Origin: an uncultured archaeon
Lineage (GTDB): Archaea; Altiarchaeota; Altiarchaeia; IMC4; SCGC-AAA252-I15
Direction of reading: 5' to 3'
DNA: 64,000 nucleotides
NCBI GenBank assembly: GCA_964587725.1
Contig: CAZPLO010000003.1
Span: forward strand, 1,135-65,134
Position 1 is the first letter of the stretch. The number at the start of each line of letters is the position of its first letter. This document shows, one piece after another, positions 1 to 8,578 of this stretch. The notes beneath the pieces were generated by a model. It worked only from the letters and a program-made list of their open reading frames with translations. It searched no databases and had not been told where the DNA came from. The position numbers were made by a program, and so were the translations under genes.

Positions 1-1343
1 CCACGTCGTCTGAAACGACGAATGCGCCTGGTATCATCCCCATCCAGCAACTCCACGGTATGACGCCTTCCTCCTCAGGGGTGAACTCTATCGTCTGCAC
101 CCCCGGCGTTATGTCGAACTCCAGCCCCAGCTTCGGAACCTGTATGGCGTTGTTGCAGCCGTTAATCTCCTTCCCGTCTATTATCCACTTCACCGGCACC
201 CCCTTCTTCAGCACGAACCGGTCCGGCTCCCACCCGTAACGGTTCACCTCCATCCTGATTTCCTGGAACCCGTCTTCACCCAACGTTATGGGTTCGGCTT
301 CGCCGTCGACTTCAGCCGGCTGCGCGGAAACACTCAAGGTGTTCAAATCGTATCCCGTGCCAGTCAGCGCGAGGCCGCGGTTGACCATAATCAAACCCAA
401 CACAACAACCAGTACGCCGGAGTAGCGGACTATCTTGTGGGTGAGCCGGGAGCTCACCATCGACGTCAGCACCCCGAACCCTAGCAGCACGGGCAGCGTC
501 CCCAGTCCGAATGCTGCCAGATAGAGGGCGCCGTAGTATGCGCTGCCGGTTGCCGCAGCCAAAATATATATCGCCTGCAGCGGCCCGCATGCTATCATCA
601 GCCCGTTCAACAGTCCGATGGAGGCGGGCCCCAGGTCCTTCGAGAACAGTTTACTTACTACTCCCGGGGTTTTGAGCCGGAATCTCCTGAACCACTTCAG
701 CATGTCCAGCATGTTCAGTCCGAACAGCACCAGGAACAGTCCAGCCAGTACGGCGGCTAGGCCGCGCATCATGGGCGTGAACGTGAAAAATGACCCCAAG
801 AAACCGAATACCGCGCCGAAGAATGCATATGAAAACGTCTTGGAAACGCCGTATGTGAGGTGGCTGCCGTAGTCTACCTTCCCCTCCGACGCCTTTTTGG
901 CGCTGTAGCTGACCACGAACCCCCCGCACATGGCCACGCAGTGGAATCCCGTGAACAATCCTATGGTGAACACCAATGCAAGCGACGCGTTCTGGTCCAA
1001 AGCGGGCATGGTGAAGCCGAGGCTGTCGTGTAGTATGAAGTATCCGCCCGCAAGTATCGTGAGTGCGCCTAGGAGGAGCGATACGTTTTTCACGTCCTCT
1101 ATCCTGAATGTGAGACGGCGGCTGAAACCCTGGCTTCTCATCCGGGGCTCGTAGCCTGCGTCTTCAACCACGTCGAATATTTCATCCAAGTCTGTCTCGT
1201 CCGGGTCGTATTCGACGGCAGCCTCTCCAGAGACGTAGTCTACTGTGAAGTCTTCGACTCCGCCGAGTTTTCCCACCCTCTTCACCAGTATTTTCTCGCA
1301 GCTGGGGCAGGTCATGCCATTGACATTGAATTTACTCTTCATC
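1..1343 (-). CDS. Partial CDS (N-terminus in window, C-terminus beyond window start): heavy-metal-associated (HMA) domain fused to a multi-TM permease (DsbD_2/TauE-like) and a C-terminal cupredoxin-like domain
   Basis: Manual minus-strand translation: MKSKFNVNGMTCPSCEKILVKRVGKLGGVEDFTVDYVSGEAAVEYDPDE (GMTCxxC HMA), then hydrophobic segments with GFHCVAMCGG and MIACGPLQAIYILAAATGS, then a soluble domain ending FTPEEEGVIPWSCWMGMIPGAFVV. Not in the ORF track because the stop lies outside the window. Track ORFs 312..590, 618..872, 651..929 and 930..1154 overlap it in other frames and look spurious. Confidence 0.55.
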
Positions 1344-1562
1344 TGCCTTCACCCTGTACCCCAAGTCCTCGATGGCTTTTTTGACTTCGTTGAAGTCGAC
1401 GCCGCCTTCGTATTTGACTTCCACCACCCCCTTCTCATGGTCTGCAGTCGCTCCTTTAACGTTCCTTATCCCGCCTACTTCGTCCACTACGAGGGTTTCG
1501 CAGGCTGCGCAGTGCATCCCGTCCACCAACAGTTTCTTCTGCTTCATGTGTTCACCTCTCAC
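1332..1562 (-). CDS. copZ: Heavy-metal-associated (HMA) copper chaperone, CopZ-like
   Basis: 76 aa with GMHCAAC (MxCxxC) and a ferredoxin-like HMA pattern. The stop abuts the start of the HMA-permease gene. GTG start in the track; internal ATG (MKQKK) likely. Confidence 0.7.
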   Translation of the reverse strand: MRGEHMKQKKLLVDGMHCAACETLVVDEVGGIRNVKGATADHEKGVVEVKYEGGVDFNEVKKAIEDLGYRVKADEE

Positions 1563-1611
1563 CGTATTAAGTTGAAACAGGTTAAGAGAATATGGGTGAA
1601 ACTAGTTTCAC

Positions 1612-2058
1612 CTAGTGTTCCAGGGTCTCCCGGTCCCCGGCTATTCGTTTATGGGCGGCCTCCAGCTCGTCTGAAACCGGTTTCCCGTGTTTCTTGCGGT
1701 AGTCGTAGACGGCCTCCTTGAGGGCGTCCGCCGCCAGCAGCGAGCAGTGTATCTTCATCGGCGGCAGCCCGCCGAGGGACTCCACCACCTCGTCTTTCCC
1801 GATGTCCAACGCCTCATCCAGTGTCTTCCCCTTAGCCAGTTCGGTGACCTTGCTGCTGGTGGCTATGGCTGCCGCACAGCCGAGGGTCTTGAACTTGATG
1901 TCTTCCACGCGGTCGTCTTTGACCTTTAAATATATCCACATGAGATCTCCGCACCGCATGTTCCCCGCTTCTCCGACCCCGTCCGCATCCTCTATTTCAC
2001 CCACGTTCTTGGGGTTTGTGAAATGCTCTATAACCTCTTCAGAATACATGTCATTCAC
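1612..2058 (-). CDS. iscU: Fe-S cluster assembly scaffold IscU/NifU-like
   Basis: Three conserved Cys (NMRCGD, KTLGCAAA, PPMKIHCSLLA). Overlaps the iscS stop by 4 nt. Confidence 0.8.
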   Translation of the reverse strand: MNDMYSEEVIEHFTNPKNVGEIEDADGVGEAGNMRCGDLMWIYLKVKDDRVEDIKFKTLGCAAAIATSSKVTELAKGKTLDEALDIGKDEVVESLGGLPPMKIHCSLLAADALKEAVYDYRKKHGKPVSDELEAAHKRIAGDRETLEH

Positions 2059-3194
2059 CTCTTCACCGGACTTATGGCCCTGAGTTTGCTGATTTCCTCC
2101 TCCAGCTTCTCGACCGTGTAATCCACTTCCTCGGCCTTATTGTATCTGCTTAATGTCATCCTTACGCTGCCGTGCGCCTCCTCAGGCTCCAGGCCCATGG
2201 CCGTCAACACGTGGCTGGGTTCGAGCGTATGCGACGAGCATGCGCTGCCGGTGGAACACGCTATCCCATGGCCGTCGAGACGGAGTATTACTGCCTCTCC
2301 TTCGACTCCGTGGAATGTTATGTTGGCGTTGTTGCAGAGCCTCCTGCTGGGGTGCCCGTTCAGCCGGGTGTCCTCCACGTTCTCCTGAACGTCTTTTATG
2401 AGCCGGTCCCTGAGTCCAGCTAATTTTTCCACGTCCTCCTCGGCTTCGGCCGCCTTGGCGAACCCCACTATGCCTGCCACATTCTCCGTCCCGGCCCGTT
2501 TGCTTCCTTCGTGGCTTCCGCCGTGCAGTAGGGGCGTGACATTCACCCCCTCCCGTATGTAGAGTGCGCCCACGCCCTTGGGGCCGTGTATTTTGTGAGA
2601 GTTCACCGTGACCAGGTCCAGGTGCTGTTTCTCCACGTCCAAGTCTGTTTTGGTGAAGGACTGGCAGGCGTCGGTGTGAAAAAGCACATCGTTTTCAGAC
2701 GTTATCTTGCCTATGCCGGCGATGTCCTGTATGGTGCCGACCTCGTTGTTGGCGTGGCCCACGGAAACCAGTATCGTGTCGTCCCTAACTGCGTCTCCTA
2801 CGTCGCCGGGGTCCACCAGTCCATACTCGTCCACCCCCACGTACGTGACTTCATAGCCTTGTTTCTCCAGCCATTTGCAGGTGTTGAGTATGGAGCTGTG
2901 TTCCACGGCGGTTGTGATTATGTGTCCGCCTTTGTCTCGCAGCGCGTATGCCACACCCTTCAACGCTAGGTTGTTGGATTCCGTGCCCCCTGATGTGAGG
3001 ATTATGTTCCGGGGTTCAGCCTTCACCCGTCCCGCTACCGTTTTTCTGGCGTCTTCCACAGCCTTCCTAGCCTCCCTGCCCCGCTTGTGCAGGGATGATG
3101 GGTTGCCGTAGCTCACGCTGTAATACGGCTCCATAGCTTCAAGAACCTCTGCAGACGCCCGTGTGGTGGCTGCGTTGTCCAAATACACATCCAT
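2055..3194 (-). CDS. iscS: Cysteine desulfurase (IscS/NifS class I aminotransferase V)
   Basis: 379 aa. LTSGGTESNN, the PLP-lysine region SHKIHGPKG, and active-site CSTGSACSS. Confidence 0.85.
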   Translation of the reverse strand: MDVYLDNAATTRASAEVLEAMEPYYSVSYGNPSSLHKRGREARKAVEDARKTVAGRVKAEPRNIILTSGGTESNNLALKGVAYALRDKGGHIITTAVEHSSILNTCKWLEKQGYEVTYVGVDEYGLVDPGDVGDAVRDDTILVSVGHANNEVGTIQDIAGIGKITSENDVLFHTDACQSFTKTDLDVEKQHLDLVTVNSHKIHGPKGVGALYIREGVNVTPLLHGGSHEGSKRAGTENVAGIVGFAKAAEAEEDVEKLAGLRDRLIKDVQENVEDTRLNGHPSRRLCNNANITFHGVEGEAVILRLDGHGIACSTGSACSSHTLEPSHVLTAMGLEPEEAHGSVRMTLSRYNKAEEVDYTVEKLEEEISKLRAISPVKR

Positions 3195-3199
3195 GGTTA

Positions 3200-3215
3200 G
3201 TTAACAATTGTTAAC
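3200..3215. promoter_or_regulatory. Perfect 16-bp palindrome GTTAACAATTGTTAAC 6 nt upstream of the iscS ATG (candidate operator)
   Basis: Seen directly. Sits between a TTTAATAC TATA-like element and the start codon. The same motif recurs at 6990, 8514, 11158 and 7028. Confidence 0.5.
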
Positions 3216-3249
3216 ACAGATGTATTAAAGTATGTACGTAACCAACCAG

Positions 3250-3717
3250 TTACTTAAGAACCACCATGTTGGTGAGCCCCCGCCGTCTGCGCTCCAGGAA
3301 ACGCATGGACTCCAGCTTGTCCAACGTCCTCGTCACCTTCACCTTAGACAACCCGGTCTTCTCCCCTATCTCGCTCTGGAACAACGCCCCACCAGCGTCC
3401 GTTATGAGTTTGTACACCGTCTCCTCGTCGCCGTCCAAGGCCGCCAGCTTCTCAGACCACTGCTCCGACGACTCAGCCCTGAACGGCACGGGCTTGAATG
3501 CAAGATACACTCCAGTCAGCAGGATGAATCCCGCGCCTCCGAGTCCCACGTAGAACATCGGCGGCACCTTGAAATGAACCATGTCGCACGACTCCCCGCA
3601 ATCGCAGGACGCGGAGCTTACGTCACTCAGCATGTTCAGGAACCACACCATGGTGAAGCCCATCACCAACGCCACAGCCACCATCAAATAACCTACCCCC
3701 TGCAATCCAACGTTCAT
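3250..3717 (-). CDS. Membrane-anchored winged-helix (MarR-like) transcription regulator with Cys cluster CDCGESCD
   Basis: Two N-terminal TM segments with the Cys cluster between them. C-terminal ETVYKLITDAGGALFQSEIGEKTGLSKVKVTRTLDKLESMRFLERRRRG winged-HTH. Overlaps the cysS stop by 4 nt. Confidence 0.45.
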   Translation of the reverse strand: MNVGLQGVGYLMVAVALVMGFTMVWFLNMLSDVSSASCDCGESCDMVHFKVPPMFYVGLGGAGFILLTGVYLAFKPVPFRAESSEQWSEKLAALDGDEETVYKLITDAGGALFQSEIGEKTGLSKVKVTRTLDKLESMRFLERRRRGLTNMVVLK

Positions 3718-5087
3718 CGTATCCTCTCTGCGACCGTGCGGCCGCCCACGTCCTTCAAACGGATGCCTTTCTCCAGCAGTTCGTCGCGTATCCTGTCCGC
3801 TTCAACGTATTTTTTCTCAGCCCGCAGCCGCTTGCGCTCCTGAATCAATTTCTTCAACCCGTCACTTAACTCTTCCCCTGTGAAATCGAACCCCAATACG
3901 CAGGCGACTTCATCGAACACCTGCAGGGCATGCTCCACCGACTCGTCGGACTGCTCGGAGAGCATCCCGTTGACGTCCCGCACGGCCTCGAACAACGCCG
4001 CAACCGCCTTGGGCGTGTTGAAGTCGTCGTCCATCGCCTCGGTGAACGTTTCCTTGAACGAGTACATCTGTTCAGCCGCAGTATTGCTCCCTCCGCCTCC
4101 CGCGGACGACAGCGCAGCCCGGAAGTTCCGCAGCCGCTCCACGGCCTTACCAGCCTCCTCCACGAGGCCGCCGTTATAGTCTATCTGGCTCCTATAGTGC
4201 GTCTGCAATACGAACATACGCAGCGCCTCCGCACTGTACTGTTCCAGGAACTCCCGCACCGGCAGTATGTTGCCGAGGCTCTTGCTCATCTTCTCCCCGG
4301 ACGAATACAGGAATCCGGTGTGGAGCCAGTATTTCACGGCCGGCTTCTCCCCAGTCAAAGCCTCGCTCTGCGCTATCTCGTTCTCGTGATGCGGGAAAAT
4401 CAGGTCGAGGGCGCCGCCGTGTATGTCGAACCGGTCTCCCAAGTATTTGCGTGACATAACAGAGCATTCGATGTGCCAGCCGGGGCGGCCGCGGCCCCAT
4501 GGGCTGTCGAAGCCCAGTTCGCTGTCGCCGGACTTCTTCCACAACGCGAAGTCGAGGGGGCTGCGTTTCCGGCCGTCCTGCTCAACCCTGTGTTCAGTGA
4601 GCTCGTCCGTCTTCTGGTTGGAGAGTTTCCCGTAGTCCGGGAACGTCGACACCTCAAAGTACACGTCCCCGCCGGATTCATACGCATGGCCTTTCTCTAT
4701 CAGAGTCTTAACTGCGTCTATCATCTCTTCGATGTTTTCGCTCACCCGCGGGTATGCGTCCGCCTCCAGCAGGTTGAGCCGCCGCTGGTCCTCCAGCGCT
4801 GCTTCCGCGTACTCCGCCGACAGCTTCAGCGGCTCCACACCCTTTTCGGAAGCGCGCTTGATGATTTTGTCGTCGACGTCGGTGACATTCTGTATGTATC
4901 TGACGTCGTAGCCCCTGTAGCGGAGGTACCTGAAGATGGCGTCGAACGCCAGATACGTGCGGGCGTGGCCGATGTGCATCCTGTCATACACCGTCAGCCC
5001 GCACACGTACGCGCGGACCACACCCTCCTCAACCGGCTTGAACTCCTCCGTCTCCCTTGAAAGGGTGTTGTACACGCGCAACGTCAT
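3714..5087 (-). CDS. cysS: Cysteinyl-tRNA synthetase
   Basis: HIGH motif (HIGHARTY), KMSKS (KMSKSLGN), Zn-binding Cys. The track ORF extends to 5132; the internal ATG at 5087 (MTLRVYNTL) is the likelier start. Confidence 0.9.
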   Translation of the reverse strand: MTLRVYNTLSRETEEFKPVEEGVVRAYVCGLTVYDRMHIGHARTYLAFDAIFRYLRYRGYDVRYIQNVTDVDDKIIKRASEKGVEPLKLSAEYAEAALEDQRRLNLLEADAYPRVSENIEEMIDAVKTLIEKGHAYESGGDVYFEVSTFPDYGKLSNQKTDELTEHRVEQDGRKRSPLDFALWKKSGDSELGFDSPWGRGRPGWHIECSVMSRKYLGDRFDIHGGALDLIFPHHENEIAQSEALTGEKPAVKYWLHTGFLYSSGEKMSKSLGNILPVREFLEQYSAEALRMFVLQTHYRSQIDYNGGLVEEAGKAVERLRNFRAALSSAGGGGSNTAAEQMYSFKETFTEAMDDDFNTPKAVAALFEAVRDVNGMLSEQSDESVEHALQVFDEVACVLGFDFTGEELSDGLKKLIQERKRLRAEKKYVEADRIRDELLEKGIRLKDVGGRTVAERIR

Positions 5088-5095
5088 ATTGAATG

Positions 5096-5117
5096 TTAGC
5101 GAGGGGAGGGATTCGAA
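5096..5117. repeat. 22-nt exact copy of the tRNA-Cys 3' end (acceptor 3' strand plus T-arm) in the cysS upstream region
   Basis: TTAGCGAGGGGAGGGATTCGAA occurs at 5096-5117 and 5210-5231. Between the copies is a hairpin, GAATCCGC-TAC-GCGGATTC at 5171-5190. Confidence 0.7.
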
Positions 5118-5211
5118 ATAAGGGCAGGGCACCTACGGTTCCCCGCCCTTATCAACCCTACCCCTCCCTTGAATCCGCTACGCGGATTCGTGCCTCATCT
5201 TCTGGTTGTTT

Positions 5212-5327
5212 AGCGAGGGGAGGGATTCGAACCCTCGGATAATGGCTTGCCGCATGCTTCAGGGCGTTGGAGCCCGTCCGCTTTTTTTTTTGCAGGCCAC
5301 CCCATTAGGCCGCTCTGGCACCCTCGC
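5212..5327 (-). tRNA. tRNA-Cys (anticodon GCA) with an intron of about 42 nt in the anticodon loop (canonical 37/38); CCA not encoded
   Basis: Minus-strand sense: GCGAGGG-UG-CCAG-AGCGGCCUA-AUGG-G-GUGGC-CUGCAA[A8 GCGGACGGGCUCCAACGCCCUGAAGCAUGCGGCA]A-GCCAU-UAUCC-GAGGG-UUCGAAU-CCCUC-CCCUCGC-U. The 7-bp acceptor pairs perfectly. T-loop is UUCGAAU. Anticodon stem GUGGC/GCCAU. U73 discriminator, typical of tRNA-Cys. Folded by hand only. Confidence 0.55.
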
Positions 5328-5346
5328 AAAAAAATACAAGTAGTTT

Positions 5347-5937
5347 CTATATCACCCATTCGGGTTCCTTGGTGCAGGCGTCGCACGGGTCTTTCAGGCG
5401 CATGTAGCAGCCTTCCATCACCCGGAGCCTGCCCTTCGGGCACACCACGGTGGAGTCCTCGGGTATGTCGTCAACGATGACCGACAACGCGCCGATGCGG
5501 CTGTTTTTCTTCACCGTCACCGGCCCCAGTATCGTTGCCCCCACGCCCACTATCACGTTGTCTTCGAGGGTGGGGTGGCGCTTCTCCCCTTTTTGGTCGC
5601 GCCACCACCCGTGTCCCCCAAGGGTTACGCCGTGGTAGAGCATGACGTTGTCCCCCAGCTTCGCCGTCTCGCCGATGACCACGCCGGTGGCGTGGTCGAT
5701 GAAGAAGTTCCTCCCTATTTCGGCGGCTGGGTGTATTTCCGCGCCGGTGAGGAACCTCCCCAGATACGACAGTGCCCTGGGGATTATCGGAACTCCAAGC
5801 TTATATAATGCGTGGCCCACCCTGTAGACGAGTATCGCCTGCACCCCCGGGTAGAACACCGCCTCCAGGTGGCCGACTCCGCCCTTCAGCGCGGGGTCCT
5901 TCTCATAGGCTGTCTTGAACACGTCGAACATCATCAC
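5347..5937 (-). CDS. cysE: Serine O-acetyltransferase
   Basis: Left-handed beta-helix hexapeptide repeats ([28 protein letters not shown]). Overlaps the cysK stop by 4 nt. Confidence 0.8.
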   Translation of the reverse strand: MMMFDVFKTAYEKDPALKGGVGHLEAVFYPGVQAILVYRVGHALYKLGVPIIPRALSYLGRFLTGAEIHPAAEIGRNFFIDHATGVVIGETAKLGDNVMLYHGVTLGGHGWWRDQKGEKRHPTLEDNVIVGVGATILGPVTVKKNSRIGALSVIVDDIPEDSTVVCPKGRLRVMEGCYMRLKDPCDACTKEPEWVI

Positions 5938-6848
5938 CCCTCATACAACGGCGTCGACAGGTAGCGTTCGCCGGTGTCCGGCAGAATAACCACCACCCGC
6001 TTGCCCTTGCCCAGCCGTTTCGCAACCTGCAATGCAGCCCAGGTGTTCGCGCCGGCTGAAATACCCGCCAACAGCCCCTCCTCCCGCGCAAGCCGTTCGG
6101 AGGTTCTGAAGGCGTCGTCGTTGGACACCAGTATGGTCTCGTCTATGAGCGAGACGTCCAGGATGTCCGGTATGAAGCCCGCGCCGATGCCCTGTATCAT
6201 GTGGGGTCCCGGCTGTCCGCCCGAGATTACGGGCGAGCCCTCCGGCTCCACGGCGATGAACCTCGCATCCGGCAATTCCTCTTTCAGCGCGGATGCGACC
6301 CCCGTTATGGTGCCGCCTGTGCCTACTCCTGCGACGAACGCGTCAAAGGTTTCCACCTCGCGCAGCAGTTCCCGGGCGGTCGTTTCCCGGTGGGCTTTCA
6401 CGTTCGCCTTGTTTTTGAACTGCTGCGGTATGTAGACGTGCGGGTCCTCCGCATCCAGTTCCGCCGCCTTGTCTATCGCACCCTTCATGCCCTTCGCCCC
6501 GTCGGTGAGCACGAGTTCGGCGCCGTAGGCCTTCAGTATCTTCCTCCGCTCCAGGCTCATGCTGTCCGGCATCGTCAGCTTCAGCCGGTAGCCTTTCACG
6601 GCCGCGACCATCGCCAACCCTATGCCGGTGTTCCCTGAAGTAGGTTCGACGATGACGCTGCCTTCGTTCAGCAGCCCCTGCCGCTCCGCCTCCTCTATCA
6701 TGTAGAGTGCTATGCGGTCCTTGACGGAGGAGCCTGGGTTGAAGTACTCCACCTTGGCTATGACCTCCGCGTCTCCTGTTCCTGGCAGCCGGTTAAGTTT
6801 CACGTGCGGCGTGCCCCCGATTCTCCCGATTATGTTGCCGTATATCAT
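5934..6848 (-). CDS. cysK: Cysteine synthase / O-acetylserine sulfhydrylase (PLP-dependent)
   Basis: [14 protein letters not shown] (PLP lysine) and the PTSGNTG loop. 304 aa. Confidence 0.85.
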   Translation of the reverse strand: MIYGNIIGRIGGTPHVKLNRLPGTGDAEVIAKVEYFNPGSSVKDRIALYMIEEAERQGLLNEGSVIVEPTSGNTGIGLAMVAAVKGYRLKLTMPDSMSLERRKILKAYGAELVLTDGAKGMKGAIDKAAELDAEDPHVYIPQQFKNKANVKAHRETTARELLREVETFDAFVAGVGTGGTITGVASALKEELPDARFIAVEPEGSPVISGGQPGPHMIQGIGAGFIPDILDVSLIDETILVSNDDAFRTSERLAREEGLLAGISAGANTWAALQVAKRLGKGKRVVVILPDTGERYLSTPLYEG

Positions 6849-6989
6849 GATTGATCACCTCATTGTTTTTGATTTGGTTTCTGTGGTCCGTGTGTAGGAT
6901 TAGTCTGTTGGGGTCGTCAGACCCTACATTGCATGCAGTTCTTTTCCTTCCGCCTGCCCAGGAGGGCGTCGACGTCAACAACCATCTTT

Positions 6990-7005
6990 CTTAACAATTG
7001 TTAAG
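6990..7005. promoter_or_regulatory. 16-bp palindrome CTTAACAATTGTTAAG, plus a variant TTAACGATTGTTA at 7028-7042, in the divergent region between cysK and the HTH gene
   Basis: Seen directly. Same core as the sites at 3200, 8514 and 11158. Confidence 0.5.
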
Positions 7006-7075
7006 GATATGTAATACTAGTATAAAAACTTAACGATTGTTACTATTTTTAAAGGTTAACGCCGTTAATGTTATC

Positions 7076-7366
7076 ATGAAGCTCCCATGCGAAGAGGCGT
7101 TGTGGTATATGCTGCCGCGTATACGCGCGGACATTGCCAAAGAGCTGGTTAAAATGGGTTTGAGCCAGAAGGAGGCCGCCAAGAAGCTGGGCGTCACCCC
7201 ATCTGCCGTGTCACAGTACCTTCACAAAAAGCGCGGCGGAAAGGCGAAGATGCCGAAGGACTACGGCAAAATGGTTGAGGCGACGGCGGAGAAGCTCCTG
7301 GAGGCGGACGACGAAGCGGTCGTACTCGCGCTGCTGTGCAGGTGCTGCAGCGCAGCCCGGCGTTAG
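7076..7366 (+). CDS. Small HTH DNA-binding protein (sigma-70 region 4/DUF134-like helix-turn-helix, C-terminal CxCC); candidate regulator of the adjacent palindromic sites
   Basis: LSQKEAAKKLGVTPSAVSQYLHKKRG HTH signature. The track ORF starts at 7037; ATG at 7076 (MKLPCEE) is likely. Confidence 0.45.
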   Translation: MKLPCEEALWYMLPRIRADIAKELVKMGLSQKEAAKKLGVTPSAVSQYLHKKRGGKAKMPKDYGKMVEATAEKLLEADDEAVVLALLCRCCSAARR

Positions 7367-7674
7367 GAACGCACCATAACCAGCATCATCTTAAAACGCT
7401 TCACAGCGTTCAGCGCGTGCGGCTTGTCGGCGGGCATGATTATGTATTCTCCGTCGCACACGCGGTGCGGCTCACCGGCTATGATTACCTCTGCTTCGCC
7501 GTCGAACACGTGCACGAGGGCGTCGAACGGCGCGGTGTGCTCGCTCAAACCCTGTCCCTGGTCGAAGGCGAACAGCGTCACCGTGCCCGTGTCTTTTTTC
7601 ACAACCTCCCTGCTGACTATGGAGCCCTCCTGGTAGTCCACCGCAGCCTTCAGTTCATTCACGTCCGTTTTCAC
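7363..7674 (-). CDS. Cupin-domain protein (about 103 aa)
   Basis: C-terminal VTLFAFDQGQGLSEHTAPFDALVHVFDGEAEVIIAGEPHRV..GEYIIMPADKPHA is a cupin beta-barrel signature. The track ORF (7363..7905) has 78 N-terminal codons overlapping the upstream gene. A GTG at 7672-7674 overlaps that gene's stop (GTGA). Confidence 0.45.
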   Translation of the reverse strand: MKTDVNELKAAVDYQEGSIVSREVVKKDTGTVTLFAFDQGQGLSEHTAPFDALVHVFDGEAEVIIAGEPHRVCDGEYIIMPADKPHALNAVKRFKMMLVMVRS

Positions 7675-8504
7675 CCCGTGTTGACCCACTCCTCCTTCAG
7701 TATGCCGCCCTGTATGCCGACCACCACGGATTTCACAGGAATCCTCCTGCCGGCGTCGGATGCCGCGGCCTTGGCTATCTGCAGCAGGCCGCCGCAGCAC
7801 GGCACCTCCATGGTCATAACCGTAAGCGTGTTTATGCCCGCGTCGTCTATCATCGCCTTCAACTTCTCCACGTAAGCCTCCTTGTTGGTGTCGAGTTTCG
7901 GACACGCTATCGCCACCGCCTTCCCCTTAAGATGGTTTGAATGGAAGCTGCTGAGGGCGTATGCTACGCAGTCGGCGGACAATACGACGTCCGCCCCACG
8001 GTAATACGGGGCGGTGGGGGGCACCAGGTGCAGCTGCACGGGCCACTGCCGCAGCTGCGAAATCACGTCCCCTGCTTCACCGCCTTCCCGGGCGAACTCC
8101 ATCATTTTGGTGCCCGGGCACCCGCCGCCGCATGAGCCTCCGCTCTCCCATTTCACCGGCATGTCCAAGCCCTTCTCCCGCAGCACCTCCACGGCCTGTT
8201 TGAAGAAGTCGAATTCCCCGTGTTCCTTCAGGTGGCTCAGGTGCGCCTTGATTGTGTTCGGCCCCGCTCTTATTATGTTCTCCATCACCTTCTTCTCGTC
8301 GTAGGGTTCTGCCTCCCGCTCCTCAATCTCTATCGCGCCCTCCGGGCAGTGTCCTATGCAGGCGCCGAGGCCGTCGCAGAACAGGTCGCTCACCAGCCGC
8401 GCCTTACCGTCTATAATCTGCAATGCGCCTTCGGGGCAGTTGGGGACGCAGAGTCCGCAGCCCGTGCACCTGTCCTCGTCTATGCGTATTATCTCCCTTT
8501 TCAT
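7671..8504 (-). CDS. 4Fe-4S dicluster ferredoxin-domain protein with an additional Cys-rich C-terminal domain
   Basis: CTGCGLCVPNCP and CDGLGACIGHCP (2x CxxCxxCxxxCP), then CGGGCPG and VPCCGG. ATG at 8504 (MKREII) is likely. The palindrome lies 10 nt upstream. Confidence 0.55.
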   Translation of the reverse strand: MKREIIRIDEDRCTGCGLCVPNCPEGALQIIDGKARLVSDLFCDGLGACIGHCPEGAIEIEEREAEPYDEKKVMENIIRAGPNTIKAHLSHLKEHGEFDFFKQAVEVLREKGLDMPVKWESGGSCGGGCPGTKMMEFAREGGEAGDVISQLRQWPVQLHLVPPTAPYYRGADVVLSADCVAYALSSFHSNHLKGKAVAIACPKLDTNKEAYVEKLKAMIDDAGINTLTVMTMEVPCCGGLLQIAKAAASDAGRRIPVKSVVVGIQGGILKEEWVNTG

Positions 8505-8513
8505 CCCCAACAC

Positions 8514-8527
8514 TTAACAATTGTTAA
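8514..8527. promoter_or_regulatory. 14-bp palindrome TTAACAATTGTTAA immediately upstream of the 4Fe-4S protein gene
   Basis: Seen directly. Confidence 0.5.
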
Positions 8528-8578
8528 CTATTATGGTATTGGGTTATAAATACTCCCCCCATCATCGAGGATAGCCTG

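Noticed and set aside
312-1154. Track ORFs 312..590(-), 618..872(+), 651..929(-), 930..1154(+)
   Set aside because: They overlap a long, well-behaved minus-strand reading frame (HMA-permease-cupredoxin) in other frames. Composition is Arg/Pro/Gly-rich, typical of antisense or off-frame ORFs in high-GC DNA.
5281-5292. T10 run that looks like an archaeal oligo-T terminator
   Set aside because: On the minus strand it is the A-run at the start of the tRNA-Cys intron. No plus-strand gene ends upstream of it.
7675-7905. N-terminal 78 codons of track ORF 7363..7905
   Set aside because: They overlap the 4Fe-4S protein gene in another frame and are Arg/Gly/His-rich nonsense. The cupin domain begins only after the upstream stop; start reassigned to the GTG at 7674.
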